Shown: positions 31,326-43,504, numbered from the stretch's first letter. The stretch: 64,000 bases of DNA from Epithemia pelagica (GCA_946965045.2 OX337241.1:62001-126000), one strand, 5' to 3'. A program made the numbers and translations. The notes: generated by a model not told the origin, from the letters alone.

Positions 31326-32288
31326 ACCAATCGAGCAGTCGGCAAGCAATATCAGGACTTGTAATATCGGGACTCACAACCTTTCTTGTCAAGTCACCAA
31401 GAGATTGTATCGAATGACAAATATTCGGAATGACTCCTCCCAGGGGAAGAGTATAATCTATTGTCTAGAGGATGCGGTTGTTTTCATCTAAAACTCCAGT
31501 GTCGTAAACGAAGCAATCGTTCTCCGCATCATCCAGACACTAGATTTTGTTGCAGGTATACTGTTCCCCGGAGAGGAGTAGTTCCGAATATTCGATATCT
31601 AGTAGATACATTCGAATTAGGAAGCAAACGAAGCGAACCAAAGCAGGTACTGTGCCGAGTGCAGATCTCTCACTTTCGTTCGCTTGTCTTGGTGTGGAAA
31701 ATGCCTGTCAAGCTTGTTGCTCTGCAGCATATGGTGCCATGCTCTGCGCAGATCATATGATGAGTTGAGTCTCTGATGAAGAAGAATTGTATGGTACAAG
31801 TTGACCTTTGTTCGTTTCGACGCTTGCTCATATGGGATGTCCCATTCAGCGATGTGATCCAACATCCAACAACAGCAAAAAATGTAATACTAACGCGTGC
31901 TTCGGGATTCGGGATGGTCAGTGGTCAGTGCCGGAGCAAAGCTTCAGACACTACTTGATGTCTTAAATGACGTGGAGGCTGATGTAATATCTTCATTGTA
32001 AGACCTCCGTTCCAGACATGATTCCGTCCTGCGCGACTCACTTCCGAACTGAGTGACGTGAACGGCGGCGCAATCAATGGCTCGCGTGATGTGCGCGCGA
32101 GGGGAACATCATTTTCGTTTCGGCGACGGACACCTGCATTTTTTGCAAATGGATTGATCTTTTTGCAAGGGGACATAGACAAAGAGATCCTTTCATTCTT
32201 GTCTCGTCCTCGTCGTCCTCTTGTCGTCTTTCCCATTGACATACGGTAGTCGCTGTCTCCAAGGAAAACGAAACGTAAAGGCGACGCC

Positions 32289-33591
32289 ATGACCCAAGAT
32301 CCTGCTTCCCACAACACCAACAACGACAACATCAAGGGCCACAACAACACCAACGACCACAAGATGAATCGTTCCCGGTGGACTCCCTTAACGTTGATTC
32401 AGTCGCTCTGGAACCGCTACAACACGTTTCTGTTTGCACGAACACGCAACGGCAGTCGAATTGTCGGATGGATGCGCATGGCGTACGCCGTCTTGTACTT
32501 GTACGATGGGTGGGTCTGGTCGTTTGTATTGCCCGCTTATTTTCATCCCACCACGGGTTTGGTTTCCTATGCCGTCGGTCGACAATCCAGTTACTTTTCG
32601 GATCAGTACGACAACAATGAGTCGTTCTGGCCCCTGGCTTACAACAAACCGTGGTTGTGGAGCTTGTATCAAGTGGCACCTGCCAGTATGGACTGGGTCT
32701 GGTGGATTCACGGCCTGGCCATGATACAGGCCGCCTTGTTGTTGCTGGGCATTGCGCCCCGACTACAACTCGTGTGTTTGCTCGTGCATCAAGGATCCCT
32801 GCATCATCACAATCGCCTCCTCTGGGATGCTCAAGATGTCATGCTCCGTCTCTGGACCTGGATGCTTCTCCTCCTGCCCCTGAACCAAAACACCATTTTT
32901 ACCTGGATGCGAGACTGGAAGCAGCAGTCAAAACGACCAAGCAATCCGACGAACCAGAAGAACACGAAACCAAACCACAACAAGGAGAAGGAAAAGAAAA
33001 GCACCAACCACCAAAAGGAGGAGGAGGACACCAAAATTACAACCAACGAAACAAACGACAAGAAGAGCGGCAACCTCTATAATAATAATCCTCAGAAGGA
33101 CCACAATGAGAATAACCACAACGACGACGACGACACGTGGCCCATGTGGCCCTTTTGCTTGTTTCAGATGGAAATGACTGTGATTTATCTCGGGGCCGGC
33201 CATGGCAAATGGGACGGTACCGTGTGGACGTCGGGGTTGGCCGTCTATGCCTTGGCGCATACGTGGGATCGGTATCCTGGAATTTGGACTCCCGATTGGC
33301 TCTTTAATCGGTTGGGACCACTCCAGTGCATGGCGTGGTTTACGCTCGGTTTGGAACTCGTGGCACCCATTACTCTGTGGATTCCCCGCTTGCGCCGCAC
33401 GACGCTTTGGTTGGTGATACTCTTGCATGTGGGTATGGAAGTGGCCTTGAATATGCACCTGTTTGAATCCTTGACCATTCTGGGATTTTGTAGCTTTTTG
33501 GTCGAACCGCTGGCGGCAAGCAAACCCAAAGAACAACCAACCAAAACCGATACAGAAACAAAGGACCAATCCTCCCACGATGACAGCAACG

Positions 33592-33670
<79 letters not shown>

Positions 33671-34895
33671 GTCGTCCCAATCTGACTCACAGTCGAAATT
33701 ACCCAGCCACACTCGACCAGAAGACTCGTCTTCTTCCGTCTCTACTACTACAACAACTACTGGTACTCCAACTCGTCCCCCCTGGACGATTGCGGCCCAT
33801 GTGGGAGGTCATTTCGTCTTTTTGTTTCTGGCAACCATTATTGTGATTGGCTCCCTGCCCGTGGCCGAACTGAACCGCGTCTGGTCTCGGTGGCTGTTCC
33901 TTGGGATTCCAGAATCGTCCCTGGGAACTGTCTTGCAACAAGGACAATACGAAGTGATGCATTGGGCCCGTCCCGTGGTCCAAACGTTGGCCTTGGAACA
34001 ACATATCTGGACCTTGTATGGCGGTTCCGCTACTTCGACGAATCGCATGGTCCATGCTCGCATTACACTGATACCACGACAAACTCCTTCACCTGCAACC
34101 ACGGATCACACAGACACGCCACGATACCACACTCCTAGAATGGACGACGACAACAAGAACAACCAGAATCACCACCAGGACACAACCACAACAACCACCA
34201 ACCATGACGACAACGACAACCCGAATGCCATGGTCTTGCATTGGTACAGTCCGGATTGGATGGCCTTGACGTGGTGGGAACGCAAATTGGCCGTCCGGGA
34301 CATGAATTATTATACCCATCTCATGGATGGATGGGAGGACATGGTATCGGCGTTGGATAGTGACAATAAAGAAGAACAAGAGAATGACGATGAATTGGAT
34401 CCCGGATTGTTGGCGGCCTGGTCGGCCTTGGGACATGCCTTGATTCGAGAATACAGTAGTGCGGCTGCCTCGTCGTCCTCGAGCAGCAACAAGGGCCGAT
34501 GGTGGACCATGGTTCCCTGGACCCAACCTCCGACCATCCCCGACACTACCAATACGAGGATGGTCGTACAGTCGGTCAATGTGGGCTTTTACACTGATTA
34601 TGCCGTGGCACCTCCGGACCATTTCGGATTTTGGTCGTGGGAACCCGTCCGTCAACCCATGGATGAGAGTGAACCACGACGACCCGTTGTGACCTTGCAT
34701 ATCACGTGTCGTAGCAGGAGCACGACGACCAGCACGACAAATTCTACGACTGCTCAAAGTACGGTTGTGCCACAAGAGTGGACCGATCCGACCGACCCCG
34801 GTGCGCCCTGTACCATTGTTCCCACCTTTGTGCTCACCAATCAAGTGGAACATGACGACGACGACGACGACACGAACGACGATCCGGATTACTGA
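32289..34895 (+). CDS. HTTM-domain membrane protein (vitamin-K-dependent gamma-carboxylase-like N-terminal domain family)
   Basis: Multi-TM region with RMAYAVLYL, LLLLGIAPR, WPFCLFQMEMTVIYLGAGHGKW...WTSGLAV, and FTLGLEL..P..LW.P.LR...FH.G...ALN. These match the HTTM pattern. Confidence 0.78.
33594..33668 (+). repeat. (AAC)25 perfect trinucleotide repeat encoding poly-Asn
   Basis: Direct reading; in frame within the HTTM gene. Confidence 0.95.
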
Positions 34896-35681
34896 GGTAC
34901 TGCTGCTTTCCTGAAATACTAGGAAGGTGGCATCCGCAGAGCCTTGGACCCAACACACACCCATGCCAAAAAAAAACCACGACATTTGGCGATCCACCTC
35001 GATTCTACTCCAAGTCCAAGACAACGACAACAATAACAACAACGACGACGACGACGACGAGTATGACGATAAAGGTTTCAATGGGCAAAGAAATGAGGGA
35101 TGGACCTAGAGGTAGAAGAGAAGTGTGGCTGTGTCTAGGTGACGCCAGCACCATAGCTCTCAAGGATCTGTTTGCCGCCCGTGTACGGTGTACTGTATGA
35201 ATGGTGCATCCAACATCCAAGAAGTATCGGTAAGTGGACATTCTTTGACAGTTCGAGAATCGGATGGGTTGGAACAACTCAGCACTCGGGTTCCTAGTAT
35301 AGTCTTGTATCCTACGTATGTGGTATTGGTGAAGTCATTACTCGTAATGTAGTGCTCGGTTGTGTCATGGGAATCCTCTTGGGTCCTACTTGTTGACGGG
35401 GCAATACTCTGTTCCGTGTATGCAGTCTTTGGACTTCCTCAGGGAGAACCTTCGAGTTATGCCCTGGACACTCGTATTCAAGCCATTGGAAAAAGGCATA
35501 AGTCATGTATGTGGATGGAGCAATCAGCAATAAGTAGTGTACAATACGAAGTTGTATTTTTTGGCATTCGCCGGCATACAAAACAATCGGCGAGAGATCT
35601 ATTGTTGCGTTTTGCCGGACTTCTCTCTCTTGTGTATGTATCTCCATTCTCTCTGTTTGTCTCTCTCTGGTCTCTGCTGTG

Positions 35682-35714
<33 letters not shown>

Positions 35715-35951
35715 CTGCGAGTGTGGATTCTTTTACTCTTGTTTTTCGTCTTTAGAGAAAAAGGAACGAGAGAATACCAGAGACGGACTGTGAGTGTGAA
35801 GCGGAGCAGTGCAACACAGTGTTTTTGCTTCATCACATCTCCAGGCAAAACGAAAAGAAAAGAGACCACCCACACCAGCACACAATCATCCTCTGCCGTA
35901 TCATCCTCTCACAACAAAAGTACTCCGATAAATCAATACGACAACTAAATC

Positions 35952-38222
35952 ATGCCTGTTTTGGTGGCCACCGACTCGCACTGGCATACGGTCCTTCCAA
36001 TCACAAAAGGACAAGTGGAGGAGAAGGAGGAGGACACCCAAACTACAACAGCCGAAGAAGCGAGACCGCATCGATTCGACGAGGCCTCCTCCTCCTCCGA
36101 GCAATCTCCGCCTGTTTCGGCTGCAATTCACGGGGGACGAGACAGTCATGCCACCGTCGTGATACCTGCCAAGCAGCAGGACAACAAGAACCACAACGAC
36201 CCGACAGCCGCACTCTGTCATGTCTTGGTGATTGGCGGCAATCAACAACAACAACAACAACAACAACAGGATGGAGCAGGAGGATCCTTTGAAACTACAT
36301 CTGTCTTGATGTATACGTGTTATCCTTGCCAAACAAAGAAGAAGAATGATACTACGAATGAGGAGTGGACCTGGCAGGTTCGCAGTGGTCCGTCCTTGCA
36401 ACAAGCTCGCGAAGATGTCGCAGCCGTCCTCTGTGGTCCACACGTCTATGCCATTGGTGGTTACAATGGCAGGACCGATTTGGATACTCTGGAATGCCTC
36501 TCGGTCGACCGTCTCCTTTGTGGGTCGTTGGAGGAACAGGACGACGAATTGTCTGGTTCTTCTTCTTCTTGTGGTTGGACCACACTGCCATCTTGTCGCT
36601 TGTCCTCGCCTCGAACGGCCTGTGCCGCTGTGACGATTCGCAATCGCTACATTGTGGTCATGGGTGGCACCAATGGATATCACCCCTTGGATACTGTCGA
36701 TATCCTGGACACGCAACCATTCACAAATGCTACTACTGCAACTTCCATTCCCCACTTGGTGGTAACGGCCGGTCCTCGCTTGACCATTCCTCGATGGTAT
36801 CTCGGTGCCACCGTCACCACCACGACTACATGTCAAACGAAGAAGCAAGTGACCGTGTGGGTCGTGGGAGGCAAGGGACCCTCCCGGCATTTGCATTATC
36901 AATCTAGAGCTACGGCAAGGACGCAGAATGCTGGAACTGCTACGGGGCCTCTACCTACGGCCATGAATACCGTCGAATGTTGGACCCTCTCCCTCGATGA
37001 CACGGAGGAAACGGAAAATGATATGGGTACGAGAGCAGCTGTTTCCAGTTGGTTCGAATCAACCAAGAATACCAATGGTTGGACCTTGTATCATCCACAA
37101 GCACAACCAGCGCCACAACGGTCTAGTTCTACCGTGCCAAACCAACCACCATCCTCCTTGTTCGAGTCGTCGTCCTTGTCATTATCATCATCTGCATGGA
37201 CCAATACTCCATTCCTGCCTCCTTCTTCTTCTTCTTCTTCTTCTTCCTCCGCGGTGGCAACCACTCCTCCCACGCCGTTGGCTGGATTCGTACCACAACC
37301 ATTACCCAATGCACGAACCGACCTGGTACAACGACAAGAAGAACAAGAAGAAGAAGAATCCAATCCTGATGATGAGCAAGAACAACCACCACAGGCCTGG
37401 ATTGGTCGATTTGGTCATGCCGTGGCCACCGTCGGCAACCACGATTCGTCCACCATTGTCGTGGCGGGTGGACGAGATGGACATGGACATGTCTTGTCGT
37501 CCCTGCAAGTCTTGCAATTGCAACGAGTACCGGAACAACCGGCAAATCCACCTGTCGTCACACTGGTAGCGTCGTCCTCCTCCTCGTCGAATCCTTGGAA
37601 TCCACCCCGACACCGAGGACTGGAAACAAAACAAAACAGCACCACCTCCCCCACGTCCCAGTTGGTACACCCCGATCCTTATACTATCCACACAGCCACC
37701 ACAACCACCACCACAACCACAGTACCAACCTCACGACGTGGTCGTCGACTGGCTCCGTCGTGGCCAAGTTTGTCCGTGGCCCGAGAAAATGCGAGTTTGG
37801 TCACCCTGTCGCTTCCCACGAACACTCACTACAACCACCACACCAAACACAACACGAATCGACAAGGACAAGGACAACGACGACAAGTCCTCTTGACGGT
37901 GGGAGGCCGTCTCGTTCCACCCACCGCCTCGTCCGAGGGAGACGGTCCACCACAAGCTCAACCATCATCCGTGTCCTCCTCGACTCGACAATCACAACCA
38001 GCTGTTTGGATGGAAACCCTGCCGGTAGTGGATTTGTCCTGGGAGGGATTGTCCACGGAACTGCAAGAGCTTCGACGACAAGGACGAGAACAACGACAAG
38101 ATCAACAACAAGAACAACGGCCCTCCTCCTCTCCAACGACTCGTTCCTCATTGTGGGAACAAAAGGTGGAAACCTTGTGGAATACTCTCTTGTATTATCA
38201 CTTGACCACACCTCGTCGGTAA
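35952..38222 (+). CDS. Kelch-repeat protein with long low-complexity insertions
   Basis: VLVIGG, VYAIGGYNG, IVVMGGTNG, VWVVGG, IVVAGGRDG and LLTVGG motifs. CRLSSPR..CAAV..RNRYIVVMGG matches the gene at 5510. Confidence 0.87.
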   Translation: MPVLVATDSHWHTVLPITKGQVEEKEEDTQTTTAEEARPHRFDEASSSSEQSPPVSAAIHGGRDSHATVVIPAKQQDNKNHNDPTAALCHVLVIGGNQQQQQQQQQDGAGGSFETTSVLMYTCYPCQTKKKNDTTNEEWTWQVRSGPSLQQAREDVAAVLCGPHVYAIGGYNGRTDLDTLECLSVDRLLCGSLEEQDDELSGSSSSCGWTTLPSCRLSSPRTACAAVTIRNRYIVVMGGTNGYHPLDTVDILDTQPFTNATTATSIPHLVVTAGPRLTIPRWYLGATVTTTTTCQTKKQVTVWVVGGKGPSRHLHYQSRATARTQNAGTATGPLPTAMNTVECWTLSLDDTEETENDMGTRAAVSSWFESTKNTNGWTLYHPQAQPAPQRSSSTVPNQPPSSLFESSSLSLSSSAWTNTPFLPPSSSSSSSSSAVATTPPTPLAGFVPQPLPNARTDLVQRQEEQEEEESNPDDEQEQPPQAWIGRFGHAVATVGNHDSSTIVVAGGRDGHGHVLSSLQVLQLQRVPEQPANPPVVTLVASSSSSSNPWNPPRHRGLETKQNSTTSPTSQLVHPDPYTIHTATTTTTTTTVPTSRRGRRLAPSWPSLSVARENASLVTLSLPTNTHYNHHTKHNTNRQGQGQRRQVLLTVGGRLVPPTASSEGDGPPQAQPSSVSSSTRQSQPAVWMETLPVVDLSWEGLSTELQELRRQGREQRQDQQQEQRPSSSPTTRSSLWEQKVETLWNTLLYYHLTTPRR

Positions 38223-38324
38223 CAACCACAAGATAATAGAATGGGGAATCAAACAAGACATTTCATAACCAAAAGAAGGACTGACACTACAGTCAAACAA
38301 TCTAATAAATCTAGTAGAACAACA

Positions 38325-41300
38325 CTATAGCTTCTTGTGTCCTGTACGTTCTTCGGGCGGGTGACTGTCTTGCGTGGAGGTGACGTGTTGGATGATGGCT
38401 ACCCTTTGTTTCGACGGAGTGGGGTGTTTTTTGGACCATCGCCGTGTCGTTGGAGAGGTTGTTGCGGCTGCCGCTGCTATTACTGCTCCTCCTCCTTCTT
38501 TGTTGCGGCGTTTGACGATTTGATTCGACACCAGAGTGTCGCCCCGTTTCCTGGACCGCATTTCCCTCAAACTCTTGTCGGCATTCACGAGGAGTTCCTC
38601 CATGGCTTGTTGCATCAAATGAAAGGAATCCTGGTCCAGATCCTTCTTAGTGTCCGACAAGAGCGGTTCATGTCTTGGGCGCAGAACTCCAGGGGTCGTA
38701 CATACACGGCCGTGGACTGTAAATGTCTCCTTGTTGTTTTTGGCACTATGAGCAGCAGTAATAGCTCTGTCCCCTCGTCCTCTACTATTACTACTGGGCC
38801 GATTGTCCAACTCACGTTTGCGTTGCATCGTTTTACGAGAGGGGTGTTTGCGGTTGTGTAACGTGCGTTCCAGAACCATGTGAGGGTGAGCTTTGGGATC
38901 CGGTTGGGGTTGGGCCAGTGCTTGCAACTTGTACTGGTGGCGTTGTGACACTCCACGAAACCAAGCTTGTGTCACGATTGCGGCTCGCCGATGTTCTTGG
39001 TATCGGACCCAACATCGTTGACGGCGCCACACGGCTTGAATGCGTACGACAGCCTTGTTCTCCATGGTCGTTTGCTGATACTCGTCGTCGTCATCGTGAT
39101 TCACTGTATGGTCTGGACCTGACGTGCTGGTCTTGCCTCTGGATTTTTCCTGGTGGAGTTTCTCGTCGGGGTGGTTGGTAGGACCACTGCTGTCATGGTT
39201 GATGAATGCCGCTCGACCCAACACGACACGCTTTAACTTTTGCCAGGGACTTTTTGCATTGTGTCGTTTGGTACCGTGTCCCCCTCGGCCTTTGGGACTC
39301 TTGGGTGTGGTCGTTTGCGGTAGATTCACTTCGTGAATCCATGGACCATTTCCGTTCTCGTTATCGTCGTCATGCAAGCTATTGCATTCACTGTAATCTG
39401 GATTGGACGAAGAGTGGTCGTGATGATGGCTACTGGAACAGCCTAACAAGTTTCTCATGGATCCTCCTCCTCCGCCAGATCGCAACAGGGACCGCAATTG
39501 ACGACTTGACGATTGTGAGGCTTGCATCATGCGTCTTCTCCAATTCTCTTGGTCGTTCCCTTCTTGTTCTCTAGATGGGATTTGTGCTGCTGCATCCATG
39601 GGCCCTTGTTCCCTTTCCTCCGCATCGTCGAGCAAAATACCTCGTCGGCTGGTTGTTTTTCGGGGTGAGGACGTCCGTGACAACAAGGACGAAACGGACG
39701 ATGCCTTGAGAGGCATTCCGGGTCGCGCGGGGGGAGTTTCCTGCTCGGACAATACAACAGGATCATTATTGGAAAAGCTTGCCCAATTGTTGTTGTCCTC
39801 GTTGTCATTGCCGTGATTGTCATTGTCCTTCTCGTGAGTCTTGTCATGAGTGGATCCACTCGTCTGGTTGGGCAATAGTTCCGTTTCTTCGTCAATGAGA
39901 TCCTTGGCATGATCCAAATCCAAGGCCGAATCATTCCACAATAGAAAATTGGATTCTTGGGTGGAGTGTTGTTGGTTCGACACCATGCATACGGCTAACA
40001 TGGGATTCGAGTCCTGCAACGAAGGAGAAGGAGAAGACTCTGGTGGCGAATCCAACTCGGTGAGTCGAAACGAATCTTCTCGAACCAGCTCCTTCTTCTT
40101 GGGACACTCTTTGGGAATATGGTCGGTTGCTGTGGAGTCTGTGGTTTCTTCCATGGATTCCATCAAGAGCGACGAGCTGGATTGGCCTAGAAGAGCAACA
40201 CTGTTGCTCTCAGTGTCCTCCTCAGCGACATGGAGCGACCGTGCCGAATGGCCTTGTCCAAACAATTTAGTCCTCCAGGAAGAAGATCCGGATCCTCGAG
40301 TCGGTGAACCATTATTATTTGTGGCAACGGACAATGACGAACTTAGTGACGATACCGACGTCGCTGAGACCAATCCAGGCCGTGTGGGAGAGGATCCAGC
40401 AGAATTGGTCTTTGGGTTTCTCGAGGAGTTGCTCGTTTCGGTTTGACTCATAATAGGTTGATCCTGTTGTGTTCGTGCCAGAGTCATCCAGTCCAATTGC
40501 AAAAACGGATTGGCTTGATCGGCTGAGGAGGAGGAGTCATCCTCCACAGTATTCTTGTTGTTATTGTCATGAACTTTTTTCTTTTTCCTCTTTTTGGTCT
40601 TGCTGTCGGGCCTCATCGTTGGTTCCGGTTCCTTCGGGTCCTCTGGGACAGTTTGTGGCTCGTCCTGGTTGTCCTCATTGTTGTCCTCCGCTTCGTCTTC
40701 AGTAGGAATGACAATGGTCGGCCGACGCAACATGGGCCGCCTACTACTAGTAGGAGTCTTCGGTGTGGTTGTGGTTGTGGTTGCCAGTGGAGCATCAGCT
40801 GCTGCTGCCATCCCTAGTGGTTCTGTGGATGGTGGGTCTTGGGGTGGTGATGTGGGATCCTCCACAGTGCAGCGAGTCGTCGCAGCCGCTGCAGCGGCTG
40901 CTGCCATTGCAGAGGAAGAGGATGACGATGCGCGGGCCAGTATCATTTGCGAGACAACGGCCGAGGCATGTGCGGATGCTCCACCCGTTCCTCCTCGACG
41001 AGGAGACGATTGTTGTTGTTGTTGTTGTTGATTCTGCGCCAGCATGGACGCCTTGAGAGCCGCTACGGTGGTCCTTGTCTTGGTCGGTTTGGGGGTATAC
41101 CTGTCAGCTTCTGTTGTAGTCATTGTAGTCGCAGGGACCAAGATTCGCTTCTTGGTTCTCGTCGTGATGGGTGTCTTGGGACGAATGTGTTTGTTGTGGC
41201 TGGTAGTACTAGTAGTATTTGTATTTGTATTGGAGGAAGAACTGTCGTTCTTTCTGTGGTTCTGGTTCGTGTCGGAGGACAAGGACTGGGGCTTGGCAGC

Positions 41301-42827
41301 AGCAGTGGGCCGTCCTCGACTCGGAGTCGTAGTCGTTGGACCGGCTGTGCCTCTTTCTTCTTCTCCTTCTCTTTGACGTACAAGGCCCGTCCCCAAACTG
41401 GAACTGCGTCGTCGATGGTGACGACGAGAATCTTCCTCCAGGAGACGAACCGCAATTCTCGTTTTGGAGGAGGATGCATCGGAGGCAACAGGGCCTTCTT
41501 CTTCTTCTTCTTCTTCTTCTTCTTCTTCTTCTTTTTCTTCTCTTTTACCAGACGTTGGTTCTTCTTGTGGCTCTTGCAATGATGGCTGGATCGTTCGTGT
41601 GGCACTGCGACATCTCCGGTTGGTGGCACTACTCTTATTATTGGGAGTGGTCCGTTCTTCTTGACCCTGAATGGTGGCTGTTGTTGCAGGGTCGATATTT
41701 TTCTTCTTGGATTGTTGTTGCTGCTGCTGTTGTTGGGCGGACGAGGAAAACACTGGTCCACGGTCGTCCATTCCTCCCGAGGAACGACGACGACTCGTAC
41801 TGCGACTGCGTATTGTTGTTGTTCTCGTGCTAGTACGTTTGGAAGTATTCTGTTCCACCAGAGGAACGACTCGAGAAGGAGAAGAAGTATTCTGTTCCAC
41901 CAGAGGAACGACTCGAGAAGAAGAAGAAGTTTTATCCTGTAATTGGACAGCAGTCGATTCGGAAGGAGCAGGATTCTGCGAGGAGGAGACCGTGGTACTA
42001 GATTCCATGGTTCGACGACGGACACGATTGGTTTTGCTTCGACCACGAGCATGATTATGATTGTGGTGATTGTTATTGTTCGAATGCTTGCCTTTCTGCG
42101 TGGTTGTTGTTGTTGTTGGTCCCCTCAGGTCCCTTGGGTTGTTGTTGTTGGTAGTGGTGTTGTTGGTTGGCGAACTACTACTACTAGGAGTAGTTTCACC
42201 ATTGTCACTTGTGCTCGAAGAAGGCATAATGGCACTGATCGCTCTGGTCGTTCCAGGACGCGACGACGAGGACGATCGTTGCCGATTCGTCCGGATTCCA
42301 TTCTTGGTATTCATATTCGAACAAACACGGCTGGAATCCATACGGGAGGACGACGACGCCTTTGCACCTCCCCCACTGTTGATGGTATGGACATGAGGAG
42401 GAGGAGTGGGAATTCTGGGAACCAGGTCTTGGGTGGGGTCTTCTCTTCCTCCTCCTCCTCCTTCTTGTTCTTCACTGTCCGATGAGTGTGGTTTTTCGTG
42501 CAGCAGTTTGGGCCGTGGTCGTCGTCGCTCCACCGACCGTCCTCGAGGTTGTGCTTGTGGTTGCGATTCGGAACCACGTTCTTGTAGTAGTAGTTGTTGT
42601 GGTTGTGGTTTGGCCGCCGAGTGTGTCTTGTGCAACCGAACAGTATCTTTGCTCCGACGCATCGTCAAAGAAGTACTACTACCAAACTGTTTCCAGGGAT
42701 TTTCCTTCCACAAGGTGGAAGAGGACGAGGACAAGGAGGAAAAGGACGAATCAAACAAATCACAAGTGGGTGCCGTGTTGGCGCTTTCCCCACAACTGGC
42801 GCTGCCGCTACTCGACAGTCCGGTCAT
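38325..42827 (-). CDS. About 1,500-aa largely disordered S/T/Q/E-rich protein with two IQ calmodulin-binding motifs
   Basis: Single long ORF with VRIQAVWRRQRCW and IVTQAWFRGVSQR near the C-terminus. ATG at 42827. Confidence 0.78.
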   Translation of the reverse strand: MTGLSSSGSASCGESANTAPTCDLFDSSFSSLSSSSSTLWKENPWKQFGSSTSLTMRRSKDTVRLHKTHSAAKPQPQQLLLQERGSESQPQAQPRGRSVERRRPRPKLLHEKPHSSDSEEQEGGGGGREDPTQDLVPRIPTPPPHVHTINSGGGAKASSSSRMDSSRVCSNMNTKNGIRTNRQRSSSSSRPGTTRAISAIMPSSSTSDNGETTPSSSSSPTNNTTTNNNNPRDLRGPTTTTTTQKGKHSNNNNHHNHNHARGRSKTNRVRRRTMESSTTVSSSQNPAPSESTAVQLQDKTSSSSRVVPLVEQNTSSPSRVVPLVEQNTSKRTSTRTTTIRSRSTSRRRSSGGMDDRGPVFSSSAQQQQQQQQSKKKNIDPATTATIQGQEERTTPNNKSSATNRRCRSATRTIQPSLQEPQEEPTSGKREEKEEEEEEEEEEEEGPVASDASSSKTRIAVRLLEEDSRRHHRRRSSSLGTGLVRQREGEEERGTAGPTTTTPSRGRPTAAAKPQSLSSDTNQNHRKNDSSSSNTNTNTTSTTSHNKHIRPKTPITTRTKKRILVPATTMTTTEADRYTPKPTKTRTTVAALKASMLAQNQQQQQQQSSPRRGGTGGASAHASAVVSQMILARASSSSSSAMAAAAAAAATTRCTVEDPTSPPQDPPSTEPLGMAAAADAPLATTTTTTPKTPTSSRRPMLRRPTIVIPTEDEAEDNNEDNQDEPQTVPEDPKEPEPTMRPDSKTKKRKKKKVHDNNNKNTVEDDSSSSADQANPFLQLDWMTLARTQQDQPIMSQTETSNSSRNPKTNSAGSSPTRPGLVSATSVSSLSSSLSVATNNNGSPTRGSGSSSWRTKLFGQGHSARSLHVAEEDTESNSVALLGQSSSSLLMESMEETTDSTATDHIPKECPKKKELVREDSFRLTELDSPPESSPSPSLQDSNPMLAVCMVSNQQHSTQESNFLLWNDSALDLDHAKDLIDEETELLPNQTSGSTHDKTHEKDNDNHGNDNEDNNNWASFSNNDPVVLSEQETPPARPGMPLKASSVSSLLSRTSSPRKTTSRRGILLDDAEEREQGPMDAAAQIPSREQEGNDQENWRRRMMQASQSSSRQLRSLLRSGGGGGSMRNLLGCSSSHHHDHSSSNPDYSECNSLHDDDNENGNGPWIHEVNLPQTTTPKSPKGRGGHGTKRHNAKSPWQKLKRVVLGRAAFINHDSSGPTNHPDEKLHQEKSRGKTSTSGPDHTVNHDDDDEYQQTTMENKAVVRIQAVWRRQRCWVRYQEHRRAAIVTQAWFRGVSQRHQYKLQALAQPQPDPKAHPHMVLERTLHNRKHPSRKTMQRKRELDNRPSSNSRGRGDRAITAAHSAKNNKETFTVHGRVCTTPGVLRPRHEPLLSDTKKDLDQDSFHLMQQAMEELLVNADKSLREMRSRKRGDTLVSNQIVKRRNKEGGGAVIAAAAATTSPTTRRWSKKHPTPSKQRVAIIQHVTSTQDSHPPEERTGHKKL
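41842..41925. repeat. 42-bp in-frame tandem duplication (SRVVPLVEQNTS x2)
   Basis: gaagtattctgttccaccagaggaacgactcgagaag at 41842 and 41884. Confidence 0.9.
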
Positions 42828-43501
42828 GGCGATGGTGGTGCTTGAGGATGATATGAGGATGAGAAGGATGAGAATGGGTACCTGTATTTTTCTCGTTGGC
42901 CAATTATGTGGCTGTTGTGGTTTCTTGTTGTAGTATTTCCAATGAACGGAACCGTCAACTTGCAAAGGCTTTCTCTCGCGTTTAAAATCACATCATTGTT
43001 TCCGGCCAAAACGACGCAAAAAGTGTGTGAGAAACTGGAATCTCTCTCTTTTATTGGTTCTGTCCCCGGCATCTCACTGGGTTGGACTCTACCAAAAACT
43101 ATCTGGCATTGTCCAATAAATCTCTCCTCGGGAAGGATTGTAGCCCCCATTCCGGTCCGATGCGAATCACGAATGAGACACTCTACCAATAAAGAATCTC
43201 GATCCCCCATTGCCCCCCTGTGGAATCCGAATCACGTTGGACACACTCTGTGAAAGAGAGCGCTTGGGTGTGATTCATTCACTCCTACCTTTTACTAAGG
43301 TTCCATTTCCACGCCGCAGCGGTTCCATGGAGAGAGACACTCGGGTTCCATCGATGCTCGGTTGTCGGTTGTGGAGTGTGGAGTCCCAAATTTGGAACGC
43401 CCCCGCTCCCAACCAACCAACCAACACAAACATAGATCCAACCGACAAACCATCACGATGGGGGGAGGATCATTCTTATTATATATTATTGGCCCTCGTT
43501 T

Positions 43502-43504
<3 letters not shown>

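Noticed and set aside
32928-33846. Poly-Val, poly-Leu, poly-Cys and poly-Thr ORFs
   Set aside because: Alternative-frame readings of the (AAC)25 repeat in the HTTM gene.
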